From Fibrobacteria bacterium (GTDB taxonomy: Bacteria; Fibrobacterota; Fibrobacteria; UBA11236), in NCBI GenBank assembly GCA_043745805.1, contig JAYTSD010000004.1:1-64000 (forward strand): DNA of 64,000 nt. The letters are read 5' to 3'. This document shows positions 17,784 to 27,879 of this stretch, one piece after another. Both the position numbers and the translations under genes were made by a program. The number at the start of each line of letters is the position of its first letter. Positions within the stretch are counted from its first letter, which is position 1. Below the pieces are notes generated by a model. That model made no database searches. It was not told where the DNA came from and worked only from the letters and a program-made list of their open reading frames with translations.

Positions 17784-19260
17784 TCATCGAATCCAAAAAG
17801 TCTTTATTAGTTTTATTGGCTTTTAATTTTTCGGAAAGGAACTCCATAATTTCAACGGGCGATAAATCTTGCAAGTAACGACGCAAAATCCATACTTTAC
17901 GTAAATCATCGGGACTCAATAATAATTCTTCTTTACGCGTTCCCGATTTAAATACATCAATAGCTGGCCAAATACGTTTTTCCGCAATACGTCTATCGAG
18001 AATAAGTTCCATATTCCCAGTACCTTTAAATTCTTCGAAAATAACTTCATCCATACGGCTACCTGTTTCCACTAAAGCAGTAGCAATAATGGTAAGACTT
18101 CCGCCGCCTTCGATGTTACGTGCCGAACCAAAAAAGCGTTTTGGTTTTTGCAAGGCCATTGCATCCACACCACCCGAAAGAATTTTTCCTGAATGCGGAA
18201 TCACTACGTTATGGGCGCGTGCTAAACGGGTGATAGAATCCAATAAAATAGCAACATGTTGGCCATGTTCAACCAAACGACGAGCTTTTTCAATTACCAT
18301 ATTTGCTACTTGAATATGACGCTCTGGCGGTTCATCAAAAGTGGAACTAAACACTTCGCCAGGCACATTACGACGCATATCGGTAACTTCTTCGGGACGT
18401 TCATCGATTAACAATACCATTAAGCGTACTTCCGAATGATTCTTTACAATAGCATTAGCAATACTTTGCAAAAGTACCGTTTTACCTGCACGCGGAGGAG
18501 CCACAATAAGGCCACGTTGTCCACGTCCTACGGGAGTAAATAAATTCATAATGCGTGTGGAAATTTCCGCACTATCGTATTCCAAATTAAAAGGCACATC
18601 AGGATGCAAAGGCGTAAGATTATCAAAGCCCACACGGTCCTTACAGAGCTCAGGATCATCGCTATTTACTTTTTGTATGCGTAATAAGGCAAAGTAGCGT
18701 TCATTATCTTTAGGCGCACGCACCAAGCCCGAAATCACATCCCCGGTATGTAAACCAAAGCGTTTGATTTGGGTGGTCGAGACATATACATCATCCGGAC
18801 CCGCTACATAACTATGATCTGGAGAACGAAGAAAGCCATAGCCTTCATCCATCACTTCCAAAACACCTTCGGCATATATCGCCGCATTACTTCCGCCTTC
18901 TGTTTCTAAAATGGCGAAAAGCAAAGCTTGTTTGCGCAAGCTCCGTGGATCAGGAATATTGAGTTGCAATCCGAGATTGATCAATTCCTTCATGGTCATT
19001 TTTTTCAAGTCGTTCCAGCGCTTTTTTGCTTCATTCAAAGTCCTAGAACTCTGTGAATCAGGGCTTTCTTGGCTCATAGATAAATCAGGTTGAGAAATAG
19101 GTGCGGGTTTATTCACCGGCTTTTCCAATTTCTCGACGAGCACTGCTTTTTCAAGCACTTTGGTTTCAGCAGCTGCAACAAGTAAATCTTCTTCGAAGAC
19201 AGCTTCTTCTTTATTCTTAGGGGCGATTTTTTTTATAGTCGCTTTGGCTTTAATGGGCAA
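17776..19260 (-). CDS. rho: Transcription termination factor Rho
   Basis: [51 protein letters not shown] start with AAGGAG RBS. Confidence 0.98.
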   Translation of the reverse strand: MPIKAKATIKKIAPKNKEEAVFEEDLLVAAAETKVLEKAVLVEKLEKPVNKPAPISQPDLSMSQESPDSQSSRTLNEAKKRWNDLKKMTMKELINLGLQLNIPDPRSLRKQALLFAILETEGGSNAAIYAEGVLEVMDEGYGFLRSPDHSYVAGPDDVYVSTTQIKRFGLHTGDVISGLVRAPKDNERYFALLRIQKVNSDDPELCKDRVGFDNLTPLHPDVPFNLEYDSAEISTRIMNLFTPVGRGQRGLIVAPPRAGKTVLLQSIANAIVKNHSEVRLMVLLIDERPEEVTDMRRNVPGEVFSSTFDEPPERHIQVANMVIEKARRLVEHGQHVAILLDSITRLARAHNVVIPHSGKILSGGVDAMALQKPKRFFGSARNIEGGGSLTIIATALVETGSRMDEVIFEEFKGTGNMELILDRRIAEKRIWPAIDVFKSGTRKEELLLSPDDLRKVWILRRYLQDLSPVEIMEFLSEKLKANKTNKDFLDSMNG

Positions 19261-19467
19261 AATGAATCTCCTTCAATGATTCCGTGATTCCGTTGTATAA
19301 AGTGGAAAAAGGTGATGAGCGAATAAACAACCAATGTACTAGGAACTGGCTCGTTCAACCCACACCATCGAGACGCTGATTATAAACGAAAGCGAAACTG
19401 CGAATGGTGGTTAAAAGTTAATGAAAAACCTGCCAAATTTCAAAATAAAATTAGATTTCTTATTTAT

Positions 19468-20637
19468 ATGAAGGCTTCCGAACATCGAGTTATTGTTGCA
19501 TTAGGAAGCAATTTGGCGGATCGTGAGTTATTTCTGCGAAAAGCAGCCGAATCTCTGAGCGCAATTGCCACTTCCTCCCTACAAAAATCTAAAATCTTTG
19601 AGACTCAGCCCATGGGTCCGGCCCCTCAAGGCCCCTATCTTAATCAATGTCTACGCTTCTCTACACGCTTAGCGCCCAGGCAATTGCTAGAGTTTTGCCA
19701 AGATACTGAAAAGAAATTAGGTCGTAAACCCCGCGGAAAATGGGCCGCGCGAGAAATTGACATCGATATTTTAGTCTTTGGAGACGAATTAATTGATTCT
19801 GAAGAATTAAAAGTTCCTCATCCCTATATTTCCGAGCGCCAATTTGTGTTGCGTCCTTTAATTGATCTCGACCCTGAATGCATTCTTCCGGGCCAGGAAC
19901 AAACCGTAACCGAAATGTTACAGCAATGTATTGAAGCGCAAGGCCCCGACAATATTCATGAATATCGCAGCACTCATCCGCCATCTTTATTCCCCGATCA
20001 TATTCGGCATATTTGTATTGAAGGCGTTATTGGTGTAGGTAAAAGTACCTTGGTAAAAATTTTATGTGAACGCCTAAACTGTTCACCGCTTTATGAAGAT
20101 GTAGAGAATAATCCTTTTCTTTCTGACTTTTACGGAGATAAGCAGCGCTATGCCTTTCAAACGCAACTTTTCTTTTTTCTTTCGCGCTATCGCCAAATGC
20201 AGGAAATGTTTCAGCAACAGGATCTTTTACGCGCCCAAGTGGTTAGCGACTATATGTTTGCCAAGGATCGCATTTTTGCTAGTCTTAATCTCGACGAAAA
20301 TGAAATGGCCTTATATGGTAAACTGTCGGAACACTTAGAAAAAAGTATTCCCAAACCTGACTTTGTCGTGTATTTGCAAGCAGATACCAAAACCTTATTG
20401 CAGCGGATACGCAGCCGCGACCGAACTTTTGAACGCAATATGGACGAAGCATATATTGAACTGCTCAATCAAAGCTACAATACCTTTTTTCACTACTATA
20501 AGGACTCTCCCCTATTAATAGTGAATACCAATCATATTGACTTTGTAAAAAATCCGCTCGACTTGGATGTTTTGGTGCAACAAATTTTAAAAGCACCGCC
20601 CGGTGTGAATTATTTTTCTCCCGCTGCATCATTCTAG
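19468..20637 (+). CDS. folK: Fused HPPK (FolK) and deoxynucleoside kinase
   Basis: N-terminal ALGSNL, REIDIDIL, VPHP..ERQFVL; C-terminal IEGVIGVGKST, AFQTQLFF, PKPDFVVYLQA. Confidence 0.92.
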   Translation: MKASEHRVIVALGSNLADRELFLRKAAESLSAIATSSLQKSKIFETQPMGPAPQGPYLNQCLRFSTRLAPRQLLEFCQDTEKKLGRKPRGKWAAREIDIDILVFGDELIDSEELKVPHPYISERQFVLRPLIDLDPECILPGQEQTVTEMLQQCIEAQGPDNIHEYRSTHPPSLFPDHIRHICIEGVIGVGKSTLVKILCERLNCSPLYEDVENNPFLSDFYGDKQRYAFQTQLFFFLSRYRQMQEMFQQQDLLRAQVVSDYMFAKDRIFASLNLDENEMALYGKLSEHLEKSIPKPDFVVYLQADTKTLLQRIRSRDRTFERNMDEAYIELLNQSYNTFFHYYKDSPLLIVNTNHIDFVKNPLDLDVLVQQILKAPPGVNYFSPAASF

Positions 20638-20638
20638 C

Positions 20639-22192
20639 TTAACGATTTGCGCTCACACTATTCCGACCTGCCGCATCACGCTGCTCTGAATCTGTAGTTT
20701 TCCACAATATACGTGTAAAATTACCGCGCTCATTTGCAGAGTTTTGCAAAAATTTATTTTTCGCATTGGGATTTTTGCTGATTTTACTGATGGCCGTGAT
20801 GCCGGCAATTTCATCGGCTCCTAAATCAGGCAACCCATTCATGCGCGGATTTCCATCTATATCTTTATCCCCACTCGGATTCGTTGTGGAGGTGGCTAAA
20901 TTTAGGCCGGCATTAATAGCCGGTGAGCCAGTCATTAAGTGTAAATCGGTATAAGGGTTTATCAGTTTTGGATTAACATAAAGCGCATGCGCATCATTCC
21001 AATTTCCCGAAGAAGCAGTGCTAGCCCCAAAATACAAATTATTATCCACCGTAACATTTGTGTTATTAGTGCCACCATTCACTAAATACGTTTTTCCCGC
21101 TCCGGCATAAAAAATATTGTTCTTTATAATCACCCCATTGCAATTATTTTGTAAAACAACTTCGCCATCCGCACCATTATAGGTGGTATTATTCACAATC
21201 GTAATATTTCCCGCATTACCTTTATTTGCTGCATAGCCGCCAATTAAAATATTTCCTTGAAAAGATCTTGAAGCAAAATTGTTACGAATGGTGATATTGC
21301 TAGTGGTTTTTCCTCCATGCTCACTCGCTATTTCAAAAGCGATATCGCAATTATCTACGATATTACGTTCTATAACAATATCTTTGCCGCCATCTACATA
21401 AATCCCATCGGCACTTCTTTCTCCAGCATAAGTAGGATTGGTAACCGAGCTGATATTATAAACATGATTGCCCCAACATAAACCATTGCGCGCTTGATCT
21501 TGATCGCTGAGCCCTGTTCCTTCAAAGCCAATAAAATCAATACCAATATTATCATTATCATGCACCACATTATTCGAAACCACAAAATCAGTAACATTCC
21601 CATTTAATACCATAGATTCGCTTTGGCCTAATTTGCAATTTTTGATTTCATTACCATCGATAATAATATTACTGATGGCAGTTGCGGCGTTACCATATAC
21701 CGCTATGCCGTGCGCATTGCCATTAGCATTTTCTATGCTATGCACCACATTATTCCGAATTTCAATATGATTGCCTCCCCCACTGACGCTAATACCTATG
21801 GGTGTTCCGGTAGTTTTTAAATTCCTCACTTCAAAACTAATGATACGTATATACGATTTTCCGCTCACGGAAATAAGTTCATTTCCCCCAACCCCAACAC
21901 CATCGAGAATAGTGCTCGGCTGTCCATTGAGTGCTACCGCTCCTTTTAGAGTAATGTATCCTTCATTGGCAGAACCCGATTTTCCAAATACTACCGCTTC
22001 ATTATAAACACCAGGCTGTACTGAAATAGTATCATTAGCAATGGCAGCCGTAATACCCGCTTGGATACTGGTGTAGGTGGCTCCGGATTTTCCAACATTT
22101 AATATGCGCGCATTAACTGGAAAAACAAAAGCCAGACATGAAACCCAACACAACAAACCCATTTTTTGTGATAAGAGCGAATTTGTACTCAT
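20639..22192 (-). CDS. Secreted right-handed beta-helix (pectin lyase fold) protein
   Basis: Signal peptide; YTSIQAGI..PGVYNE; Asn-rich beta-helix repeats (NNVVHDNDNIGIDFIG, DGIYVDGG); HLMTGSPAINAG..DIDGNPR..DLGADE cap. Confidence 0.85.
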   Translation of the reverse strand: MSTNSLLSQKMGLLCWVSCLAFVFPVNARILNVGKSGATYTSIQAGITAAIANDTISVQPGVYNEAVVFGKSGSANEGYITLKGAVALNGQPSTILDGVGVGGNELISVSGKSYIRIISFEVRNLKTTGTPIGISVSGGGNHIEIRNNVVHSIENANGNAHGIAVYGNAATAISNIIIDGNEIKNCKLGQSESMVLNGNVTDFVVSNNVVHDNDNIGIDFIGFEGTGLSDQDQARNGLCWGNHVYNISSVTNPTYAGERSADGIYVDGGKDIVIERNIVDNCDIAFEIASEHGGKTTSNITIRNNFASRSFQGNILIGGYAANKGNAGNITIVNNTTYNGADGEVVLQNNCNGVIIKNNIFYAGAGKTYLVNGGTNNTNVTVDNNLYFGASTASSGNWNDAHALYVNPKLINPYTDLHLMTGSPAINAGLNLATSTTNPSGDKDIDGNPRMNGLPDLGADEIAGITAISKISKNPNAKNKFLQNSANERGNFTRILWKTTDSEQRDAAGRNSVSANR

Positions 22193-22358
22193 TAACGTAT
22201 CCCCTATTTTTCAAATGATAAAAGTCCATATTTAACTTAAATCGTCAATGGCGATTGGTGGCGGTATCATTAAGGGTTACTCTTTTTTTCGATCATTGCC
22301 ACTAAACACTTTTAAAGTCCATGCGGAAACAGAAATAGACTTTAATTAAATAAGGCCC

Positions 22359-24038
22359 TCAATATAATTTTTGCAGGCTAATCACCGAAGCATTGGGTTT
22401 TTGCGTTAAAAACTCTAAGTTCAATCGAGTAGCTGAGGGCATTGATTTATAAATGCGTACTTCATCAATGTGACCCGAAAAAAAATTAACTTCCGCGCTA
22501 TCTGAGTTTATATTCCCTTTAGCCCCAATTAAAAAATCTCTTACGTTTTCAGTTAACTGCGCTCCTCCCGAAGAAACTTTTCCAACCAATGCCCCATCCC
22601 AAAAGATGCTCGCATAAATGCCGTCATAGCTAGCCGCTACAAAATGCCATTCACCTAAATTAAATCCTATATTCGGCGCATCTACGGTGAATATTTTTTG
22701 AGAATCTTGCAGCCCCAAGCCAAAACGCAAACCATTAATTAAAGGAGAATATTCCAGCCAAAAACCAGTGGAATCTTTTTCTTCCCATCTCGATAAAATC
22801 GTAGCGCTCAAACTATCATTAAAACTCTTAGCACGAGAAACCCATGCCGAAACCATAAATGATTTTCGTCCCTGCAATGGCGCATTATCCATGCGAATGT
22901 TACTCCCTTCTCCCGAAAACTTTTGGCTCCCTGCAATTAACCCCATATTTGTAGTATCCGGCTTCAACATATTTCCCCAGCCATTCATACCGGTTACAGT
23001 AACATCTTTGTAACCACCCTTAGAATTGTTAGCCGCCTCAGACAAATGCCATACACTCACAAAATCTTGTGTCGTATCGAATACGGCGCGCCCATTTCCT
23101 TTGGCCTTAGCATCTGTTTTACCCCATACCAAAGTTATTTTTTGTAGACTATTACTCAAGGATAGATAAGGAAGGCGAATCCATATTTCCGCTTGTTGGG
23201 TAATTGCATTCCAACTTTCAATTTCAAATGCCAAAGGATTACCTGAAGAGGCAAAAAAACGAATATCCTCTCCCTTAGACTTGGCTTCCTGGAAATTAAA
23301 GTTGTTCGCATTTAAACGTAACAATAATGGGTAATTCCCAAGACTTTCAGAGCTTTGTCCTATAGTTGAACCCGTATTTATCGAAAGCACTCCTTGATGC
23401 AACCAATCCACATAAGCCCCAAACTCATTCAGCATTCCTGTTCTCAACTGTAAACTATCTGTTAGCTTTATCAAGAGCGAAGGATCTTTAGAGTCCGCAA
23501 GAAAAATCGGAGGCGAATAACCTTCGGGTAGCGAATCCAAAATTATTTTCCCTGAATCAATTTCTAATTGGCTGATTTTTTGAAAAGTACTTGTACCTGG
23601 AATAAAAAGCGAACCGCCACGTGGATTTTCCCATACGATTCGGGCTTGACAAGGCATCTTCAGAGTATCGATAAAATGAAGTTTTGAAAATCCTTGAGCG
23701 AGAACTATTCCCGTTCTCAATAAACGTGATCCATCTTGCTTTTGCCATACTTCGAGATTGTATTTACCCTGAGCCACACCTCGCAAAGAAAAAATCCCCT
23801 CATTATTCGTCCAAGTGGAAAGAGAATCAGGAAAAGACTTATGCAATAAAGGATTATAGTCGGCAGGAATTAACCTTACACGAGCACCAGCAGCTTTGCC
23901 AGCCAGAGAAATAATTTGACCGCCCGTGGTTTCTACGCCCCCTCCACCGGCAATTTCCGTAGCTTGGTTTTGCGTACAATCCCATAAACTTAGCGCAATT
24001 AATAGAGTAAGTAATATTATTGTATATCGACGCAGCAT
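22359..24038 (-). CDS. Probable lipoprotein with DUF2341 and LamG/ConA-like domains
   Basis: Hydrophobic leader ending LWDC; GEDIRF..LAFEIESW..AEIWI (DUF2341); VWHL, WHFVAASYDG, GHIDEVRIY (LamG). Start set at ATG 24038, immediately after the upstream stop. Confidence 0.8.
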   Translation of the reverse strand: MLRRYTIILLTLLIALSLWDCTQNQATEIAGGGGVETTGGQIISLAGKAAGARVRLIPADYNPLLHKSFPDSLSTWTNNEGIFSLRGVAQGKYNLEVWQKQDGSRLLRTGIVLAQGFSKLHFIDTLKMPCQARIVWENPRGGSLFIPGTSTFQKISQLEIDSGKIILDSLPEGYSPPIFLADSKDPSLLIKLTDSLQLRTGMLNEFGAYVDWLHQGVLSINTGSTIGQSSESLGNYPLLLRLNANNFNFQEAKSKGEDIRFFASSGNPLAFEIESWNAITQQAEIWIRLPYLSLSNSLQKITLVWGKTDAKAKGNGRAVFDTTQDFVSVWHLSEAANNSKGGYKDVTVTGMNGWGNMLKPDTTNMGLIAGSQKFSGEGSNIRMDNAPLQGRKSFMVSAWVSRAKSFNDSLSATILSRWEEKDSTGFWLEYSPLINGLRFGLGLQDSQKIFTVDAPNIGFNLGEWHFVAASYDGIYASIFWDGALVGKVSSGGAQLTENVRDFLIGAKGNINSDSAEVNFFSGHIDEVRIYKSMPSATRLNLEFLTQKPNASVISLQKLY

Positions 24039-24039
24039 A

Positions 24040-24867
24040 TTAATCTTCATTAATTTGGGAGAGAGGGAAAACATTGATATTGATTTGATACACTCTATCG
24101 GGAATGGGTGAATTTTTTGCAATTTCTAAAATCTTTTTCCGCAGGGAACTTAATTCGTCTTTAATCCAGCCATATTCCGAAGCCGAAATACTTAAAGTGA
24201 GCGTGGAGTGATTGCGATGTTTTGCATCCACTCGATCATAGCTTCCTTTGGCCAAGTCCAAAGTATCAATTTGAAATTGCGTAATCGCTACCGATTTCCA
24301 ATAATCACCCGTGCTTAAGGTCGCATCTAATCGCTCATAAATACCGTCTTGTTTGCGCTGAATTAAATTTAATTTTTCCAAAACTTTGATCGCTTCTTTT
24401 GCTTCAGCAACCGTAATGGCAGGAATTAAACTTTCCGACAAGAATTTATATTCGCCTTTAAACTTGAAAATCCCTAACCATTCCCGCACCGCCAAATAAT
24501 ACCACTTGGCGAATAATTCATATTGGCGTTCATCCAAAGTTTTCAATTTACTCTTTTTTAAGGAAATAATTTTTTGAAAATAATGTTGCTTATTGCTTTG
24601 GGTTTTAGCTTGACTAAACAGTACCAAACATTCAAAATATTCTTTTTCGGATTTTTTTAATTTAAACACATCGGCCAGATTCAAAGCAATGCGCATAGAA
24701 ATATTGGTTTTGCCTTGCACAATTTGCGAAAAAAATCCAGCCGATTTAAAACCTGCACGCAAAGCGATATAGCGATACGAAAACTTAGCGTCTTGTTTTT
24801 TATGCGACTCATAAAGATCTTTTAAGAGCTGACGATAATCAGAATATTCAAAAATATCTATGGCCAT
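24040..24867 (-). CDS. TIGR02147/DUF4423 family protein, putative HTH regulator
   Basis: IFEYSDYRQLL, FSYRYIA..AGF.S, KWYYLAVRE, STLTLSIS, VYQININVFPLS: the pattern of the Fibrobacter paralogous family. Confidence 0.88.
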   Translation of the reverse strand: MAIDIFEYSDYRQLLKDLYESHKKQDAKFSYRYIALRAGFKSAGFFSQIVQGKTNISMRIALNLADVFKLKKSEKEYFECLVLFSQAKTQSNKQHYFQKIISLKKSKLKTLDERQYELFAKWYYLAVREWLGIFKFKGEYKFLSESLIPAITVAEAKEAIKVLEKLNLIQRKQDGIYERLDATLSTGDYWKSVAITQFQIDTLDLAKGSYDRVDAKHRNHSTLTLSISASEYGWIKDELSSLRKKILEIAKNSPIPDRVYQININVFPLSQINED

Positions 24868-25072
24868 GGCAGTCCGAATCTAAATTTCTGTCCCTTCAAC
24901 TTAAATGAAATCCCCCATATAGGCTGTTAAAATTTTTGCAGAAAAAGAAATACTGTTTACTTTCACTAAACACATAAGTATCCCACAAATACCTCCAAAG
25001 CACCTAGGGCCGAAAGTGATTTCCAATTACTTTTAACTCTTAAGGGCATAAAGCCACTTATTCAGGAGAGAC

Positions 25073-25912
25073 ATGTTAGTCCTTAAAACTTTAGCAGAAT
25101 TTCGAAACTGGAGACAACATTTAGACGCTAAAACCGAATTAGGTTTTGTGCCTACCATGGGCGCTTTGCATGCTGGGCATTTACGCCTAGTGGAAGAAAG
25201 TCTAAAAGAAAATTCCGTCACCGTAGTTTCTATTTTTGTAAACCCTCTGCAATTTGGACCGAACGAAGATTTTAATAAATACCCACGACCTCTCGAAAAT
25301 GATTTGGAATACTGTCAGAACTTAGGAGTTACGGTAGTCTTTGCTCCAGAAGCTGCGGATTTCTATCATAAAGATCATGCAACTTATTGCGAAGTTGAAA
25401 AATTAAATCAATATTTATGCGGGGCATCGCGTCCAGGCCATTTTCGTGGGGTATGCACGGTGGTGTTTAAATTATTTAATCTAGTACAACCGCAACGCGC
25501 TTATTTTGGACAAAAAGATATTCAGCAGGCGACTATACTAAAGAAAATGGTAACCGATTTAGCTTTACCCTTGGAATTAAAAATTGTACCCACTTTGCGC
25601 GAGGCTTCAGGATTGGCCCTTAGCTCACGTAATGTTTATTTGAGTGATGCGGAAAAAGATCGAGCCACAAGTTTATTTCATGCTTTAAGTAAAGCTTTGC
25701 TGTCCTACCAACAGGGGGAAAGAAATACTGAAACTTTAAAAAAAATTATGCTTGCGGAAATTAATGCTGCACAGCCTACGTGTATAGATTACGTGGAAAT
25801 AGTATCACAAAATCTTTTACAACCTCTGCAAATTATTGAGAGCTCAGCCATATTCGCAGTGGCAGTATTTTTTGGCAAAACACGGTTAATTGATAACTTT
25901 TTAGTGGGTTAA
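25073..25912 (+). CDS. panC: Pantoate--beta-alanine ligase
   Basis: GFVPTMGALHAGH, SIFVNPLQF, RPGHFRGV, FGQKD, TRLIDN. Confidence 0.97.
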   Translation: MLVLKTLAEFRNWRQHLDAKTELGFVPTMGALHAGHLRLVEESLKENSVTVVSIFVNPLQFGPNEDFNKYPRPLENDLEYCQNLGVTVVFAPEAADFYHKDHATYCEVEKLNQYLCGASRPGHFRGVCTVVFKLFNLVQPQRAYFGQKDIQQATILKKMVTDLALPLELKIVPTLREASGLALSSRNVYLSDAEKDRATSLFHALSKALLSYQQGERNTETLKKIMLAEINAAQPTCIDYVEIVSQNLLQPLQIIESSAIFAVAVFFGKTRLIDNFLVG

Positions 25913-25936
25913 TTTCTCACTATCAATCTGCTTAAT

Positions 25937-26401
25937 TTAGGTAACCCTATTCGCGAACTGCGTTTGCTTAGATTCATTAAGCACCAACCAATATAGGCCT
26001 AATTGTCTCACGGTCTCCACAAATTGAGCATAGTCCACTGGCTTACGCACAAAGCTATTCGCACCCAAGCGATAACAAGCTAAAATATCTTGCTCTTCAT
26101 TCGATGAGGAAAAAATTACTATCGGAAGATGTTTAGTTTTTTCATTTTCTCGTAACGTTTTTAAAACCTCTAGTCCATCCACTTTGGGCAATTTTAAATC
26201 GAGTAAAACAAGTTGGGGCAAGCATTCATTAAATTTATTGTGGAAGGTTTCACCTAAAAGAAAATCTAAAGCTTCAGCACCATCACGAGCTACTTCCACA
26301 TGATTCATAATACGACTTTTTTGTAAAGCACGAAGAGTCAATTCTTCATCATCAAGATTATCTTCTACTAAAAGAAAATATTTCTCATTAGTTGTATTCA
26401 T
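25937..26401 (-). CDS. Single-domain response regulator receiver (Rcp1-like)
   Basis: LLVEDNLDD, LLDLKLPKVDG, GANSFVRKP. Confidence 0.92.
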   Translation of the reverse strand: MNTTNEKYFLLVEDNLDDEELTLRALQKSRIMNHVEVARDGAEALDFLLGETFHNKFNECLPQLVLLDLKLPKVDGLEVLKTLRENEKTKHLPIVIFSSSNEEQDILACYRLGANSFVRKPVDYAQFVETVRQLGLYWLVLNESKQTQFANRVT

Positions 26402-26442
26402 AAAATACTCGATTTTTATTTTGGTTTTTATCTAAAAAAAAT

Positions 26443-26474
26443 AGTTCCCAAAGCTTATATAAAAGCCTTGGGAA
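26443..26474 (-). terminator. Probable terminator after serC
   Basis: Imperfect hairpin ttcccaaagctt...aagccttgggaa, followed shortly by a U run on the minus strand. Confidence 0.55.
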
Positions 26475-26488
26475 TATTTCATTGGATT

Positions 26489-27562
26489 TTAAGCATGCTC
26501 TTTGGCAAAACTTTGCATGACAGCTACTAAGGCATCGATTCCATCAATATCCATAGCATTATAAATAGAAGCCCGAAAACCACCGACCGAGCGATGGCCT
26601 TTTAATCCTGATAGTCCAGCTGCTTCGGCAGCTTTGCCAAAGCCACTTTCTAATTCCGAATTTTTCATCACAAATGTCACATTCATACGCGAACGATCTT
26701 CCACCGCACAAGTGCCTTTAAATAATGGATTACTATCAATCTCCGCATAAAGTTTACCAGCTTTTTCTTCATTGCGTTTTTGCATCGCGGTTAAACCACC
26801 TTGTTGCTTAACCCATTTTAAAGTTTCCAAAGCCATGAATATTGAGAAAACCGGAGGCGTATTGTACATACTTCCATTTTCTATGTGCAATTTGTAATCC
26901 AGCATCGAAGGAATTTTGCGCTTTATTTTTCCTAATAATTCATCTTTAACAATAACCAAGGTCGCCCCAGCAATACCCATGTTTTTTTGTGCACCTGCAT
27001 AAATTAAACCGAATTTAGAAACGTCTACTGGACGGCTAAAAATGTCCGACGACATATCGGCAATTAAGGGAACTGGAGAATCAGGAAAGGTCTGCATTTG
27101 CGTACCGAAAAGGGTATTATTCGAGGTAACATGAAAGTAACGTACATCCGAGGGGATGGTGTAATCTTTAGGTATAAAGTTATAATTGGCATCCTTGGAA
27201 GAAGTCAATACTTTGACATTACCAAATAGCTTCGCTTCTTTTATTGCCTTATTTGCCCAAGTACCGGTGTCAGCATATGCCGCGGTTTCATTTTCATCCA
27301 AAAGGTTATAAGGCACCATGGTAAACTGAGTGCTAGCACCACCTTGTAAAAATAAAACAGAATACCCTGCGGGGACCCCAAGTAATTCTTTGACTATGGC
27401 GACAGCTTCATCCAATACGGCAATGAATTCATTGCTACGATGCGAAATTTCTAAAAGTGATAAACCCATGCCATTGAAATCTAAACAAGCTTTAGAGCCT
27501 GCTTCCATGGCCTGTTTAGGAAGAATCGCTGGGCCTGCGCTGAAATTATAAATTTTTTTCAT
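26489..27562 (-). CDS. serC: Phosphoserine aminotransferase
   Basis: [46 protein letters not shown]. Confidence 0.97.
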   Translation of the reverse strand: MKKIYNFSAGPAILPKQAMEAGSKACLDFNGMGLSLLEISHRSNEFIAVLDEAVAIVKELLGVPAGYSVLFLQGGASTQFTMVPYNLLDENETAAYADTGTWANKAIKEAKLFGNVKVLTSSKDANYNFIPKDYTIPSDVRYFHVTSNNTLFGTQMQTFPDSPVPLIADMSSDIFSRPVDVSKFGLIYAGAQKNMGIAGATLVIVKDELLGKIKRKIPSMLDYKLHIENGSMYNTPPVFSIFMALETLKWVKQQGGLTAMQKRNEEKAGKLYAEIDSNPLFKGTCAVEDRSRMNVTFVMKNSELESGFGKAAEAAGLSGLKGHRSVGGFRASIYNAMDIDGIDALVAVMQSFAKEHA

Positions 27563-27879
27563 GGTTTTCCTTTTTGATTAAGCCCCTATTGCATGCAAAT
27601 GCCGAACAAACGAATAGCAAATGCCAAATAAACAGCGTGTGAAGGGCAAACTTCACGGCTGATTTTAAGTGGTAAACATAGAATTATTTAAACTAGGTTT
27701 CGCCATAATAGCCTCAATTAAAGAGCGATACGGGTTAATTTGACCCGTATTACGGCTTTTGAATCTTACTTTTGTCTCAAAATAGCCTTGAATTGTTTTT
27801 ACAAGAAAAAGTTACCCGCTTAAATTAAATCCCCCACAGTTTTTAAGATAAAACCCAAAGAAATAGCTATTCTAAAATA

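Noticed and set aside
19261..19467. rho leader as 6S RNA, riboswitch or sigma-54 promoter
   Set aside because: Only a short caccat/atggtg pairing; the TGGCA lacks a correctly spaced TTGC; no known consensus is met.
27633..27661. GGCAAAC hairpin as a c-di-GMP-I riboswitch
   Set aside because: Lacks the GNRA-capped P2 and downstream GCAAAG elements.
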